A DNA stretch of 63,415 nt, counting the filler, from Stramenopiles sp. TOSAG23-2 (lineage: Eukaryota): assembly GCA_900128395.1 (NCBI GenBank). It is 9 parts of 9 records of this genome, joined end to end, with 100 filler letters (N's around TTAATTAATTAA, not from the genome) between each part and the next. Parts side by side here need not be neighbours in the genome. Positions count along the whole stretch, not along the records: positions 1 to 11,375 come from LT649939.1; positions 11,476 to 22,814 come from LT649940.1; 7 more parts are not named here. One strand, written 5' to 3'. Within the stretch, counting starts at the first letter, position 1. The number at the start of each line of letters is the position of its first letter. The position numbers were made by a program, and so were the translations under genes. Of this stretch, positions 1 through 11,480 are shown in pieces. Below the pieces are notes generated by a model. The model saw only the letters and a list, made by a program, of their open reading frames with translations, was not told the origin of the DNA and ran no database searches.

Positions 1-695
1 ATTTTATTTATCTACCTATCGCAATATATTTTATTTTTTTTTTTTTTTTTCGTTTTGGGCTCTCTAAATTCGTATCGACTGTGTGCAACTTTTAAAAAAA
101 AGGCACTTGAAATATTACACCTGCTAGATCCCTAGTAATAGTAGTCCAGGTAGTGTGCACGTGTTTTGATGAATTATTACAATTTGTATTTTTAACATTT
201 TTTTATTAATAAATAATAGTGCCCAACCACCTTAACCTTGTGTTAGTATGAGCCTTGGGCTAGCCCAGCTAGCACTATATATAGCACTAATACTCTTCCT
301 TTTTGCGGATGCTGTGAGGTTCGTAAGAAAAAGAGGCAAGATCAAAATTGCGTGTTCTTATATTATTATTATTATCATAGCCTATATGATATAATCCACA
401 TGTATAATAATAATGTATATATAAGGAAAAGAAGGTTGTGGATGTGTTTGTTTTATTTAATATTTTTTTAAAATAAATATAAATGGTTTTGACTGTTGTA
501 ATATAAACGTATATAATATATAATATATTTTATTTATGTAAAAAAATATGTGTAAAATGTCTTTTTCATTTCTTCTTCTTTTACAACCAGACTTCTACAC
601 TATCTGACTAATTATAGATTTATCTCATCGCAAGTTCCTATGATGTTATACTATTTTTTTTATATTACATATCTCATAATTTTCATAATTTTCAC

Positions 696-1202
696 TTATC
701 GTCGTCCTGGCTTTTGATATTTAGGATCAAGTGGGCAGAATGGTTCACGATCATATAAATTTTGCATCCAACTACATACAGCATGGGCAGGGCATGGTTT
801 GACCCATTCCCATTGGTCATTTGCGCCTTTCCTTTGGCAACCATAATTAATCCAATATACTTGATTTTCTAACCACCACATCATACTAATTAATGCACTA
901 ACACAGGTTTGTTGATATGCTGGATCTTTAAGACCACGGCATAAAAATGGTTGGTGCATTTGTTTATTCTCAACTACGTATACACATACTTCGCAACCAC
1001 CTGCACCTTTAACACTAACACCTGAAGCGACTTCAAGGAATGATGAACCACTAATATGACTACGAAGACGAGGTGTCATCTGTTTGGCCCCGTACTTTTC
1101 GTATAACTCTTTAAAAGAAGGTTGTTGTTTATCGGCTAATCCGCAAACAACTGTCATTAAGAATAATAAAGCGATACTAGTAGTTGTTGAAACTCGCAAC
1201 AT
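696..1202 (-). CDS. Secreted cysteine-rich protein, saposin-B-like cysteine spacing
   Basis: Signal peptide; CEVC...LC...TC...PAHAVC...FC pattern resembles a saposin fold. Confidence 0.55.
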   Translation of the reverse strand: MLRVSTTTSIALLFLMTVVCGLADKQQPSFKELYEKYGAKQMTPRLRSHISGSSFLEVASGVSVKGAGGCEVCVYVVENKQMHQPFLCRGLKDPAYQQTCVSALISMMWWLENQVYWINYGCQRKGANDQWEWVKPCPAHAVCSWMQNLYDREPFCPLDPKYQKPGRR

Positions 1203-2517
1203 ATTTTCTTTAGTTTATATTATTATTTTATTTTAAAATTTAAAACAGTACAATAATATTAATATATCTCTGTGTATATATTCTATATATGTATGTTCTA
1301 TATATATTTCTACACTTCTGTTTGTTATATATATTAAAATATACTGTCTTATAATACATTTTATTGTTATATTTAGTTAGTTAAAACAAATTTCTAATAC
1401 TATTTACTTGCTATTTGCTACAATGGCTGTAGCATTCGTCCCCCCCCTCCTTTTTTAAGAAAAAGTTTCTTTCAAACTCGATCGGTTTTTTATACTCGCT
1501 ATGCTACATCTGATAGGGATATAGTGCTATATATAGTGCTATGTCTATGTTATTTTAAATTTATAAATTTTATACAAAATCTGAGATCCTCAGCTAATTA
1601 AAATACATGTTCCGTACTGTGACAATACCTGTGGCCAGTACCTTAATTAAGTAAAGCGGCGAGGCACTCGACTAATATGATCTACCTCTAAAAAAATTGA
1701 GAAGACGATTTAGATTGACTAATTTAAGGAAATGTGTACTTCTTGTTTTTTAAACTTCATCAATTCATCATCAAAATAAGGTTAATTGGAACTGGAAAAA
1801 AATTCAGATGAGAAAGAGTCGTGGTGATTATATTTACACATGTATAGATATATATGTAATATATACCATGGATTAGAACTTAACGCAATTATTATTCGAT
1901 TACAAAGTAATGTTTTGATATGATCTTATGTATAATGTTTTCACAGATGTGATCACAGATGTGTGTGTATTTTAATAAAATATACACATCACATGAGTGG
2001 TATTTGCACATTTGCACATTTCATTTTTAATATATGCGTTTGTTATACATAATAATACTATAATAGCTATAATACGTTTATACCTATGTATAATAACAGC
2101 AGTGCAGGCCTGATGTATCCAATGGTGTGTCCCTTCTGGAATTTCACTGTTGTTCTTTTTTTCTTTTTCACTCCTCTTGGTGCCCTTGCCCGGCTTGCTA
2201 AGGCTTGCCCGGCTTCTTGCATGAATTGCAACTGCACAACTCTTCTTAATAAAAAATAATAAATTACTGTATCGATAATATATACGACGTATGTGTGTAT
2301 ATAGTATTTCCAAACAATTCATTTGTAAACCGCCTGCAACAATAAAAAATTGCTAAAGAAATTAGTCAGGTTTTTCATTTTAGCGGCATTTGGATTCACA
2401 TTTATATCTATCCAATTATATATATATGTAATATTGTTGAAATAAAAAAGGAGGTATTTATTGTACTATATTATCACTCCTAATTTTGTTTAGTAACTAT
2501 CGAATTATTTTTTTGAA

Positions 2518-5238
2518 ATGTTCAACTTTGCTACTGTGTTGATATTATTACTGCTTTCAATTTTTCCACAAGTAAACTCGTTTCTGTATTTAACCGTTCC
2601 AAATCCATTTACCGATACTGGCCGTGGATGCAGAGTCTATTATTTTGAAAATAATGAACAATTATCATTGCGAGAAGTTCCATGGGAATGTAGTGTAGTT
2701 TTCTATGAATCTCAATTTTGGAAACCGAATAATGTGTCGTTATTAGAACGGGCTATAAAGCGAGAGGAAATAGCTGAATTGTCTAATTTCATAACAATAT
2801 CGTGTGGTGATAGTCAATCTTTGCGTACGTTTGCGGTACATGAGAAGATGGAAGTGTGTTTGTTTGTAAATTCTGAAGGTAGCATTGATTTCGCATGGTC
2901 TGAAATATCTCCAAAAAATGAATATAATAGCAATTCGAAATCTCCTAAATCAACAATTCGCCGATATGGTGCAACAAAGTTATATTGGCCTGGTAGACGT
3001 TTAAGTCGGGATCCCAAGGGTTTGTTTCTTGCTGCAGGATTTGATGGTGATTCTTTGCATATTGTTGCTACAAGTCGATACAACAACCATATGATGCATG
3101 CTGAAGCATTTGTAGGTGATATATTAAATTCATTTTCAAAAAGAATAGATTATGATAATAATAATATGAAGAAGAATGATAATAATGAAAAAACGTTTTT
3201 TTTATTTCAACAAACCGTAAATAATGTGCCAAGATTGGCACCTGAAAATTATCGATCTTGGTTTACAGGGCCGGGTAGATACAAACATGTTCACGGTCTA
3301 AATAAACGACCTGGAACGCACTGTGTGCGTTCTGGGGTCGATCGTTTCATTGAATCTGACCAGAAACAAAAGTATCATGGGGAAAGCAATGAAGAAAAAG
3401 ATTTAGAAAAACCTAATGTAATTGATAAACAAGATGAGGATGAATCCCATCATAATGCTGACAATAATATTGACGTAGAGGAAGAATTTGAAGCATTTGG
3501 TATGCACAGTGGTGGATATGAACCAGATGTAGTCTCAAAAAATATTGAACTTGAAACAGTAGAATTAAATAAAGCTATGGAGCTGTTTAGGGGAAACAAT
3601 TTAAAAGAATCAAAGAAAATATACGAACGTATATTGAATTCCAGAAAATTCAATCGCGTTAATGCACATAATACACAAGCAGCAAGGTTTAATCTTGGAA
3701 GTGTTTTGTACCGTCTGCATTCATATGAGGAAGCAGTGGGTCGTTTTGATGATTTAATGCGAGATCATAAACATTTACTGCAAATGGAAAAAGATGAGCC
3801 ATCTGATCCACCAAATCAATTTGAGTATATGCAACTAGTATATAATTTACTTGGTGATATGTTATTTTATCGCTCACCAAATATTGCAAAGGGATTGGAT
3901 ATTTTATATTATGCTAAAGACAATGTACACAATGGTGATATAAAGATGATTAATCATATAAATGCAATTATTCAAAAATGGTCCATGTATTGGAAAGAAG
4001 TAGCTGATAAAAACGTTGATCATGTGATGGGATTAGCCAATGCTGGAACTTTGTTGTATGAAATTGGCCAGGTAAAAGAGGCTAAAACGTTATTGCAACG
4101 CGTCCAAACATTAAATCCAAAACACTCGTTTCCAAAGGCCTATTTCAATCTAGCGATGATTGAAATAAATGCGAAAAAATATACTAAAGCACGCAGATAT
4201 TTGTCCCGTTATACAAAATTGAAAAAGAAATCATATATCGGTTGGATATGGCGCGGTCGGGCGGTTAAATATGATGCAAAGAATGGTAAAGATTATGAAA
4301 CAAGCTTACGATTATTTGAACGTGCAAGAAAATTAGAGCCACAACGACACGAAGGATATGTAGAGGCTATACAAATATTACGAAGACATGGTGATAAATT
4401 AAATTCAGTGCAAAGCAAAAGCAACAATGATAATAAAAATAAGGAAACAAATGTAGTGAAAAAAAAGAAGACATGGAGTGAGGCAAAATTGCAAACAATG
4501 ATAAAGCAAGCTATAAAACATGGTGCTTTGCAACATTCAAAACAATACCCAATGCATTTTGTAAAAGGTTTACCAAGTAAACCATGGTATAGTCGAAACG
4601 ATTTGTTGGAGATGGGTGCATCTAGAATTGTACATATGTTGGAAACTAAGTTTCATGTAATACAAGATGAAGTGTTACAAGCATTTAAAAGTGGTAAATT
4701 AATTAATGAAGGCATCGATGACACGGAAGGCTTAACTACAGAAGGAAAATGGACAGAACTGAATTTATATCATATGGGGAGAAAATTTGAAAAAAATTGT
4801 AACATCTTGCCAGAAACAACTGCCGTATTAGAAAGAATGCCTGAAATTGTCAGTCAAGTGAAAGGCGCAACGAAAATATCAGTATTACAACCTGGTACGA
4901 AAATAAGAGAGCATAACGGTCCATCAAATACACGTATACGACTGCATTTAGGAATTCAAGTTCCGGATGGTGCAAGTATAACTGTCGGTGGAATAAAGAA
5001 GACGTGGAAAGAGGGAAAATTATTAGCATTTGATGATAGTTTCATACATTCTGTTGAACATAATGGCGATACTCCTAGAATCGCTCTAATAGCCGATATA
5101 TGGCATCCGTTAATGACAGAACATGATATTATTAGTTGTTTAGAAACAAATGAAGAATTGGAAAGATATTTGTATCGACAATCACTGTTTAGCAGTGAAA
5201 CTGGAGTTGAATTAGAGGAGGAAGTTGCTCTGTGGTGA
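2518..5238 (+). CDS. TPR-containing aspartyl/asparaginyl beta-hydroxylase-like protein
   Basis: Signal peptide, TPR helices, C-terminal AspH domain (LQPGTKIREHNGPSNTRIRLHLGI...FDDSFIHSVEH...DIWHP). Confidence 0.9.
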   Translation: MFNFATVLILLLLSIFPQVNSFLYLTVPNPFTDTGRGCRVYYFENNEQLSLREVPWECSVVFYESQFWKPNNVSLLERAIKREEIAELSNFITISCGDSQSLRTFAVHEKMEVCLFVNSEGSIDFAWSEISPKNEYNSNSKSPKSTIRRYGATKLYWPGRRLSRDPKGLFLAAGFDGDSLHIVATSRYNNHMMHAEAFVGDILNSFSKRIDYDNNNMKKNDNNEKTFFLFQQTVNNVPRLAPENYRSWFTGPGRYKHVHGLNKRPGTHCVRSGVDRFIESDQKQKYHGESNEEKDLEKPNVIDKQDEDESHHNADNNIDVEEEFEAFGMHSGGYEPDVVSKNIELETVELNKAMELFRGNNLKESKKIYERILNSRKFNRVNAHNTQAARFNLGSVLYRLHSYEEAVGRFDDLMRDHKHLLQMEKDEPSDPPNQFEYMQLVYNLLGDMLFYRSPNIAKGLDILYYAKDNVHNGDIKMINHINAIIQKWSMYWKEVADKNVDHVMGLANAGTLLYEIGQVKEAKTLLQRVQTLNPKHSFPKAYFNLAMIEINAKKYTKARRYLSRYTKLKKKSYIGWIWRGRAVKYDAKNGKDYETSLRLFERARKLEPQRHEGYVEAIQILRRHGDKLNSVQSKSNNDNKNKETNVVKKKKTWSEAKLQTMIKQAIKHGALQHSKQYPMHFVKGLPSKPWYSRNDLLEMGASRIVHMLETKFHVIQDEVLQAFKSGKLINEGIDDTEGLTTEGKWTELNLYHMGRKFEKNCNILPETTAVLERMPEIVSQVKGATKISVLQPGTKIREHNGPSNTRIRLHLGIQVPDGASITVGGIKKTWKEGKLLAFDDSFIHSVEHNGDTPRIALIADIWHPLMTEHDIISCLETNEELERYLYRQSLFSSETGVELEEEVALW

Positions 5239-5756
5239 ATCATACGACGTAAAACTGTTTGCAAGAATACTTTAACAAAATAATTATATATATATATATA
5301 TATGAAGAATTCGTAACCACCTGGTGTGGTAAAACATGTGTGTATATATAGAATATGTGCGTATAATATTTATTGATATGTGCATATCTAAAGACACAAT
5401 ATATAAAACTTATTTAAGTATTTTTAATATATTTTATGTACATATACTATATATATTCGAATTCCCCACACAATAGCCTGTTAGGGTAGGATGGGGGATT
5501 AGTATACGAAACATGTACGAACTGAGTTTTATGTTTTATGTAGCAATACTAGTACATAGTATACATTAATCTTCAGTTGGTTTTTTTTATCAGTTGCGGA
5601 AATTAGGTAACAATAAATACTGTACTAAAATATATAACTATTACCCTTCGCACTAGTAGAGACATAATATATTAAACCATTCTTAAAATTTCAGTAGGGG
5701 GTATTTAAAAAATTGAAATTAATCTTTTTGTTGTATTTCAACCCAACGAGATCATT

Positions 5757-7745
5757 ATGGGCAATGTAAACACAATTGATAAGCAACATGTTCATGATTT
5801 AGAAGAATTTACAAAATGGACGTTACAAAATGTCGAGGCAGCCTATGCCAAATTTGTGAAGGCCAAAGCTGATAAAGGTTTTACAGGTGATTTAGTTATG
5901 AGCAGGCGTGAATTCTGGGAAACCTTCACAGATTATGCTACCGTTGTAAATGGGGAGTTTCTATCTTTGCCTGTCGAAATGTATAATTTGTTTGATAACA
6001 AGGGTAAAGGTAAAGTTTATGCACTTGAAATATTTGTAGTATTAGGTATGCATTGTTGTAGTAATATAAGAAATAAACTACAGTTTTGCTTTCAATTGTT
6101 TGATTTCGATGGTAGTGGTACCATATCTCAAACTGAAATGGTTATGTTGTGTAGGTGTTTAAGCCGCGGTTTATTCGCAATCGGTGTTATCGATAACTTG
6201 CATGAATATCAACATTTAGAGAAAGTAGCAACAGAAACCTTTAATGAAGCAGATACAGATCATAACAACGAAGTGTCTGAAAGTGAATTTACACAATGGG
6301 CAATTAGTAGTTTACATACAAAATCCTTTGTTACCAAATTTAGTCGTCATCCAGAAGAACATCTGAACGAAGCAAAAGCAAAAGGCGATCATAAGGAAGG
6401 AGTTAAAATTCATGGGGAAAAACGATCGTTACATGGTGCAAAACCGAAGAAAATATATGATGAGTCCAGTTTGAAAAAAAGAGAGCATAAAATTAATAAA
6501 AATGCGGATCATATTTTAAAAATGAAAAGACGCAGAATGATAAATAAAGTTGCATCCAAACAAGTACTAAGAAGTTTAGTTGCCGAAACTGGTTTGAGGT
6601 TAAGCGAATTACGTGGTTTATCTTCTGAATTTGGTAAATTTGCATGGGATACAAAAGGGGTATTGAAGCATGATGATTTCTTGCGTGTCCTAAGCCACAA
6701 ATACCCAGAGTTAAAACAAAACCCTGAATTAACTGATCGTCTATTTATTGTGTTTGATGAAGATAAAAGTGGGTCAATCAGCTTTAAGGAATTTTGTTTA
6801 GGAGTAGGTAAATTACTTAATGGTACAGTAGAAGAAAAGTTAACATTGCTCTTTGATATGAATGATGCGGATGGAAATGGTCAAATGGATGTAAGTGAGA
6901 TACTAAATGCAATTAAAAATGCCGATGAGTCATTTAGAGCACAAGCCCAATTTGCAGCTCACGTTTTGCATTCTTTAGACTTAAATCATGATGGTGATGT
7001 ATCGCGTGTTGAATTTCAGAATGTTTTGAAAAATGATTTTACGTTAATGGAAGCATTTTCTCGTACAATGCCAAAGAAGATGGAAGATGCTTTATTAATG
7101 TTAACAATGGAAGAGCCAGGTAATAAATTAAACTTTAAAGGCTTAGTTGAATTTTGGGCACATCAAAAAACTGATCCAAAATGGCATCATCAAGAAGATC
7201 ATCGTCTTACCATACAACAATTTAGGGAAATAATGCGAAATGATCTCAATTGTGGTGAAAAAACGGTTACTTACTGTGAAAAGGTATTCAACAAATTAAA
7301 TACACGCGAAAGTGAAAATGAAACTGTTGAAATACGTGTTTTAATGAACGGTCTTTGTCACATTGTGCCTGCCAAAGATGGTGAAAAAGCTGGGTTTTAC
7401 TTTGATTTATATGATTACGATAATTCTGGACATATTGATCCAGGTGAACTATTAAAAATGATATTAGAAGCACATGAAGCATCTACACAAGATACAAAAA
7501 AATTAATTGAAATTGTGAGAACGATGGATGAAAGCAAAGATGGCACTTTAGATAAAACAGAATTTATTGAAGCGATCAAATCTAATCCAGAAATGTTAGA
7601 GTTATTTGGTAACATTTTTTCTGTGACTCATTCTACGTTTAATCCTAATGCAACTGCAGAGGTGCGTTCAACTGAAGCTGGTCCAAATTTAAAGCAAGTT
7701 AGAGCAGAATATGCTAAATTGACAAAAGGTATTAAAAAGATTTGA
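5757..7745 (+). CDS. Multi-EF-hand calcium sensor (tandem calcineurin-B/NCS-like modules), predicted N-myristoylated
   Basis: MGNVNT start; many EF loops (DFDGSGTISQTE, DTDHNNEVSESE, DEDKSGSISFKE, DADGNGQMDVSE, DYDNSGHIDPGE). Confidence 0.88.
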   Translation: MGNVNTIDKQHVHDLEEFTKWTLQNVEAAYAKFVKAKADKGFTGDLVMSRREFWETFTDYATVVNGEFLSLPVEMYNLFDNKGKGKVYALEIFVVLGMHCCSNIRNKLQFCFQLFDFDGSGTISQTEMVMLCRCLSRGLFAIGVIDNLHEYQHLEKVATETFNEADTDHNNEVSESEFTQWAISSLHTKSFVTKFSRHPEEHLNEAKAKGDHKEGVKIHGEKRSLHGAKPKKIYDESSLKKREHKINKNADHILKMKRRRMINKVASKQVLRSLVAETGLRLSELRGLSSEFGKFAWDTKGVLKHDDFLRVLSHKYPELKQNPELTDRLFIVFDEDKSGSISFKEFCLGVGKLLNGTVEEKLTLLFDMNDADGNGQMDVSEILNAIKNADESFRAQAQFAAHVLHSLDLNHDGDVSRVEFQNVLKNDFTLMEAFSRTMPKKMEDALLMLTMEEPGNKLNFKGLVEFWAHQKTDPKWHHQEDHRLTIQQFREIMRNDLNCGEKTVTYCEKVFNKLNTRESENETVEIRVLMNGLCHIVPAKDGEKAGFYFDLYDYDNSGHIDPGELLKMILEAHEASTQDTKKLIEIVRTMDESKDGTLDKTEFIEAIKSNPEMLELFGNIFSVTHSTFNPNATAEVRSTEAGPNLKQVRAEYAKLTKGIKKI

Positions 7746-7906
7746 GAAAAAACTGTAAAAAAAATAATTAAAAATATATACTCGTACGAAGTTCGTATAT
7801 TTTATTTTTATATTACGAGTATATATCAGATATTCACATGTATTATCAACGATTCGTATATATATATAATAATATATGATATGAAACATCTAATGCACCT
7901 ATCAAC

Positions 7907-8080
7907 AAAAAAATAAAGAGATTTAAAATGATTAATATTGATACATCTGCTGTATGTTATGATATGATATGATAAGAAGTCGTATCATATCATACGTCAA
8001 AAAAATAAAGAGATTTAAAATGATTAATATTGATACATCTGCTGTATGTTATCATATATATGATAAGAAGTCGTATCATA
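7907..8080. repeat. Two-copy ~90-bp tandem duplication downstream of the EF-hand gene
   Basis: aaaaaataaagagatttaaaatgattaatattgatacatctgctgtatgttat occurs twice. Confidence 0.85.
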
Positions 8081-8789
8081 CGATTTATAAAACAAGAAAA
8101 AGTATCAATACGCTTCTCGGTACGAAGTAATTATTATATATCCTTCATATTGGTAATTCTCTTTTCTGAGAATATTAATACCCTAGTTTGAGATATGATA
8201 GATATTATTGTCTCAATTATCTTGTATTCTTTTGAAGAGTAGGAATTATCAAATGAGTAGCAAATAATTTTAGCCGTACCAGGTTTTAGACCTTCATCTT
8301 TCTTAGAATTAGGGTTAGAGAGAAACAGTAGTGTTGGGTACTAATAAGTATAATTTATGATTAATATACCTATATAAATGTATTTAGTGCTGTGTCTATA
8401 TAAACCTCGATTTCTTAAGAATCATCAAGTTGGAAATTATTGATACAAACGTTGAATAACATACAAAACAAAAACACTCTACCCAATCAATTTATTATTT
8501 GTCATATGGGATGTAAAAATCATATTCTGCACGAGCCTGCACGTAAGGGACATGTATTAGGTGGTGTATATACATATTCTTTTGAAGAGTAGGAATTATC
8601 AAATGAGTAAAATTTAAAAAATACGCCGTGTTAAATTATATGATGATTCCGTAAATTAAATTATATGAAGCGTTCGCGAAGTAAAATTTTACGAAAATAT
8701 TTTTATATGTATCTATATAAAAACACACACACACAAACAGAGAGATTAAAGTATGGCAATCATTTTACCAAAACATTTTTTTTGCTGTC

Positions 8790-8980
8790 AGTGCAGAGGT
8801 TGTATGTTTCGTTCGCTCGCATTCGTATGATATCTCAATACTTCGTATATTATTTTTACGTACTACCACTACTACTACCATTGGAGTGCAGAGGTTGTAT
8901 GTTTCGTTCGCTCGCATTCGTATGATATCTCAATACTTCGTATATTATTTTTACGTACTACCACTACTACTACCATTGGA
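8790..8980. repeat. Two-copy 95-bp tandem duplication including the stop codon of the 8951-10438 gene
   Basis: Exact direct repeat gtgcagaggttgtatg...ctaccattgga. Confidence 0.9.
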
Positions 8981-9401
8981 ACCGCCACCAAATGCGGTAC
9001 CTTTTCCGCCGCTACGACTACTTGGGCTCATCATATTACTATTGTTGCCTCCCATGAATAACATACGTTCAATGCCTTCATCCCTAATAACTTCAGTTGG
9101 TACACTAACTAAATTATCCATACCTTTCACATATAAATAATGTACACCAATCATCATTCCCTTTTCATTTGTCTTAGCCTCCTCAAATGCTGCTACAGTA
9201 CAAGTTCTGTGTCTTTTTCCTTTAAATTTTCTTGCTTCCTTTTCTTCTTCCTCTTTCTTTATTCTTGCAGCTTCTGCTTCAGCAGCTTTTTCCTCTTCCG
9301 TTTTCTCTGGTGGAGGTGGCATAATAATTTCTTCCTCAATTATTTCTTCCTCTTCTTCCTCCTCTTCTTCTGATTCTTCCGATTCTTCTTCTTCCTCCTC
9401 C

Positions 9402-9436
<35 letters not shown>

Positions 9437-10438
9437 TTCTTCACCAGATTCTGATTCCGATTCTTCTTCACCTGATTCTGATTCCGATTCTTCTTCACCA
9501 CTTTCTTCCTCGCCACTTTCCTCCTCACTACTTTCTTCTTCGCCACTTTCTTCTTCGCTACTTTCTTCTTCGCCTTTTTCTTTCTTCTTCCCTTCTTCCC
9601 CTTTATCTGTTTTTGTCTCCTCGTCGCCTTTTTCTTTTTTTACATCATCACCTTCTTTTTTCTCGGCAACTTCGGCATTTTTATCATCTGGTTTCTTTTC
9701 TTTTTCCTCATTATCGCCATCTTCTTTTTCACCACTTTCTTCCTTTTCAGGTACTGCAGTTTCTGTTGTTGTTGTTGTTGTTGTATTAGTAGGAGTAGGA
9801 GTAGGAGTAGTAGTAGCATTCGATGTTGGTTCTGATGTCGAAGATCCACCATCTGTATCCGTCTCTTCCTTCTTGTCAGCTGTTGCTTTAGTAGCAGCTG
9901 CTGGTGGTTTCGCTGATATTTTGCGAATTTTTGGTGGTGGTTTTGGTACATTTGGTGGTGAATATGGTCGTTTCTTTTTACGAATACGGCCACTACCACC
10001 GGAACGAGGCGATGGGGCGCTTGTTGCCCCTGGTACGATATAATTTTTAATAACTTTAAATTCTTGTGTTGATAATTCAATCGTTCCTGTAATAGAAAAT
10101 TTACCAAATTCATTCGAGCCAGTTCCTTTTACAGTAATAAATCGTTCTGGAGTATTTCTATGTTTTGTACACTTTAATAAAACATTTTTTTCTTGATGTT
10201 CAGTTGGACCGGTAGGGTTTGCCATTGTAAATGTTCCAGCATATTCACCAGTACCCGGCAATTCCACCTTTAACGTATCACTTGCGTGACCACATCGCAC
10301 TGGATCCATACCATCTAACGATGTATACGTAAATGTACTTTTAAGATCCGGTGTCCCTATTACATTCCATTGACCTTTTATTGTTATTTTATTACTATTA
10401 TTTGGGTCTTGAGTGACTGTACCTACTAATTCTGCCAT
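8951..10438 (-). CDS. Uncharacterised protein with N-terminal beta-rich domain, basic motif and long acidic tract (probably nuclear)
   Basis: 495-aa ORF; globular N-terminus (KGQWNV...GTGSNEFGKFSITG), RIRKKKR, poly-Glu. Confidence 0.75.
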
Positions 10439-10451
10439 ATTAAATGTTGCT

Positions 10452-10666
10452 AATAAATATTATGTATATGCGTATATTTACCTACTATATCTGTATATGT
10501 ATATATATACAACAACAACAACAACAACAGAAACTGCAGTACCTGAAAAGGAAGATGGCGATAGTGAGGAAAAAGAAAAGAAACCAGATGATAAAAATGC
10601 CGAAGTTGCCGAGAAAAAAATAAATATTATGTATATGCGTATATTTACCTACTATATCTGTATATG

Positions 10667-10674
<8 letters not shown>
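10452..10674. repeat. Inverted copy of an internal CDS segment (source ~9656-9785) between ~56-bp direct repeats
   Basis: 10508-10619 is the reverse complement of the source with an 18-bp deletion and one substitution; flanks 10452-10507 and 10619-10674 are duplicated. Confidence 0.85.
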
Positions 10675-10704
<30 letters not shown>

Positions 10705-11293
10705 GTTACACTAATAATAATGCCACCGCTAGTATTGTTTAATGTATATATATATAATATATATATATATATTTGTATATATATTTGTATATATATTATG
10801 TATATATGTATTATTTATATTTGTGCTCTATAATTATGTTTATTCATTGTTACTTTAACAATTTTTGGTCTAATAATAATTATATTGGTACTGCAGGTCA
10901 ACTTAAATTTTATGTGTGGTCTGGGTGGTGGCTCTCTGGACTCTGGACCAGGAAATGACTAGGTTAAGGTATTATAGGTAGTAGTAGTAGACGACTAGTA
11001 ATAGCTTCTTTAGAATTTGATGATTTTAATAATGATAACCAGTATACTGGTATGTATACCGTCCTATAACACAGGTGTTCTTTTGCATGCACTTTTCTTT
11101 ATCTCCTCCTTCTTCTTTCTTCTTCTTTCTTCTTCTTTTTAATATTGAATGATTGTACTGTATACAGTATGTCTTCTTCTTCGTCTAACGCGGAAACAAA
11201 CACAAAAAATAACTAGCTCTATATATATATTGAGAAGAAATATATGTACTCTTCGTGAAATTTTAATTTATTATTATTATACATATAACAAGT

Positions 11294-11375
11294 ATGACGA
11301 CGAAATATGATGGCATTGTGAGATTTGAAAGATTATTTAACTTCAGAGATTTATCAACCGCTACAGGACATATTT
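11294..11375 (+). CDS. 5' fragment of a gene cut by the contig end, possibly tyrosine-phosphatase family
   Basis: MTTKYDGIVRFERLFNFRDLSTATGHI; NFRDL resembles the Y_phosphatase3 N-terminal motif. Confidence 0.35.
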
Positions 11376-11475
11376 NNNNNNNNNNNNNNNNNNNNNNNNN
11401 NNNNNNNNNNNNNNNNNNNTTAATTAATTAANNNNNNNNNNNNNNNNNNNNNNNNNNNNNNNNNNNNNNNNNNNN
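11376..11475. other. Artificial contig linker (also 22815-22914, 34251-34350, 45687-45786, 57115-57214, 58691-58790, 60266-60365, 61841-61940)
   Basis: Identical N44-TTAATTAATTAA-N44 blocks with stops in all frames; segments sorted by length. Confidence 0.98.
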
Positions 11476-11480
11476 CAGTC

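Noticed and set aside
1972..2322. Short intergenic ORFs (also 19283-20250, 30888-32248, 55557-56999, 61076-61475)
   Set aside because: Composition resembles translated AT-rich non-coding DNA; no recognisable motifs
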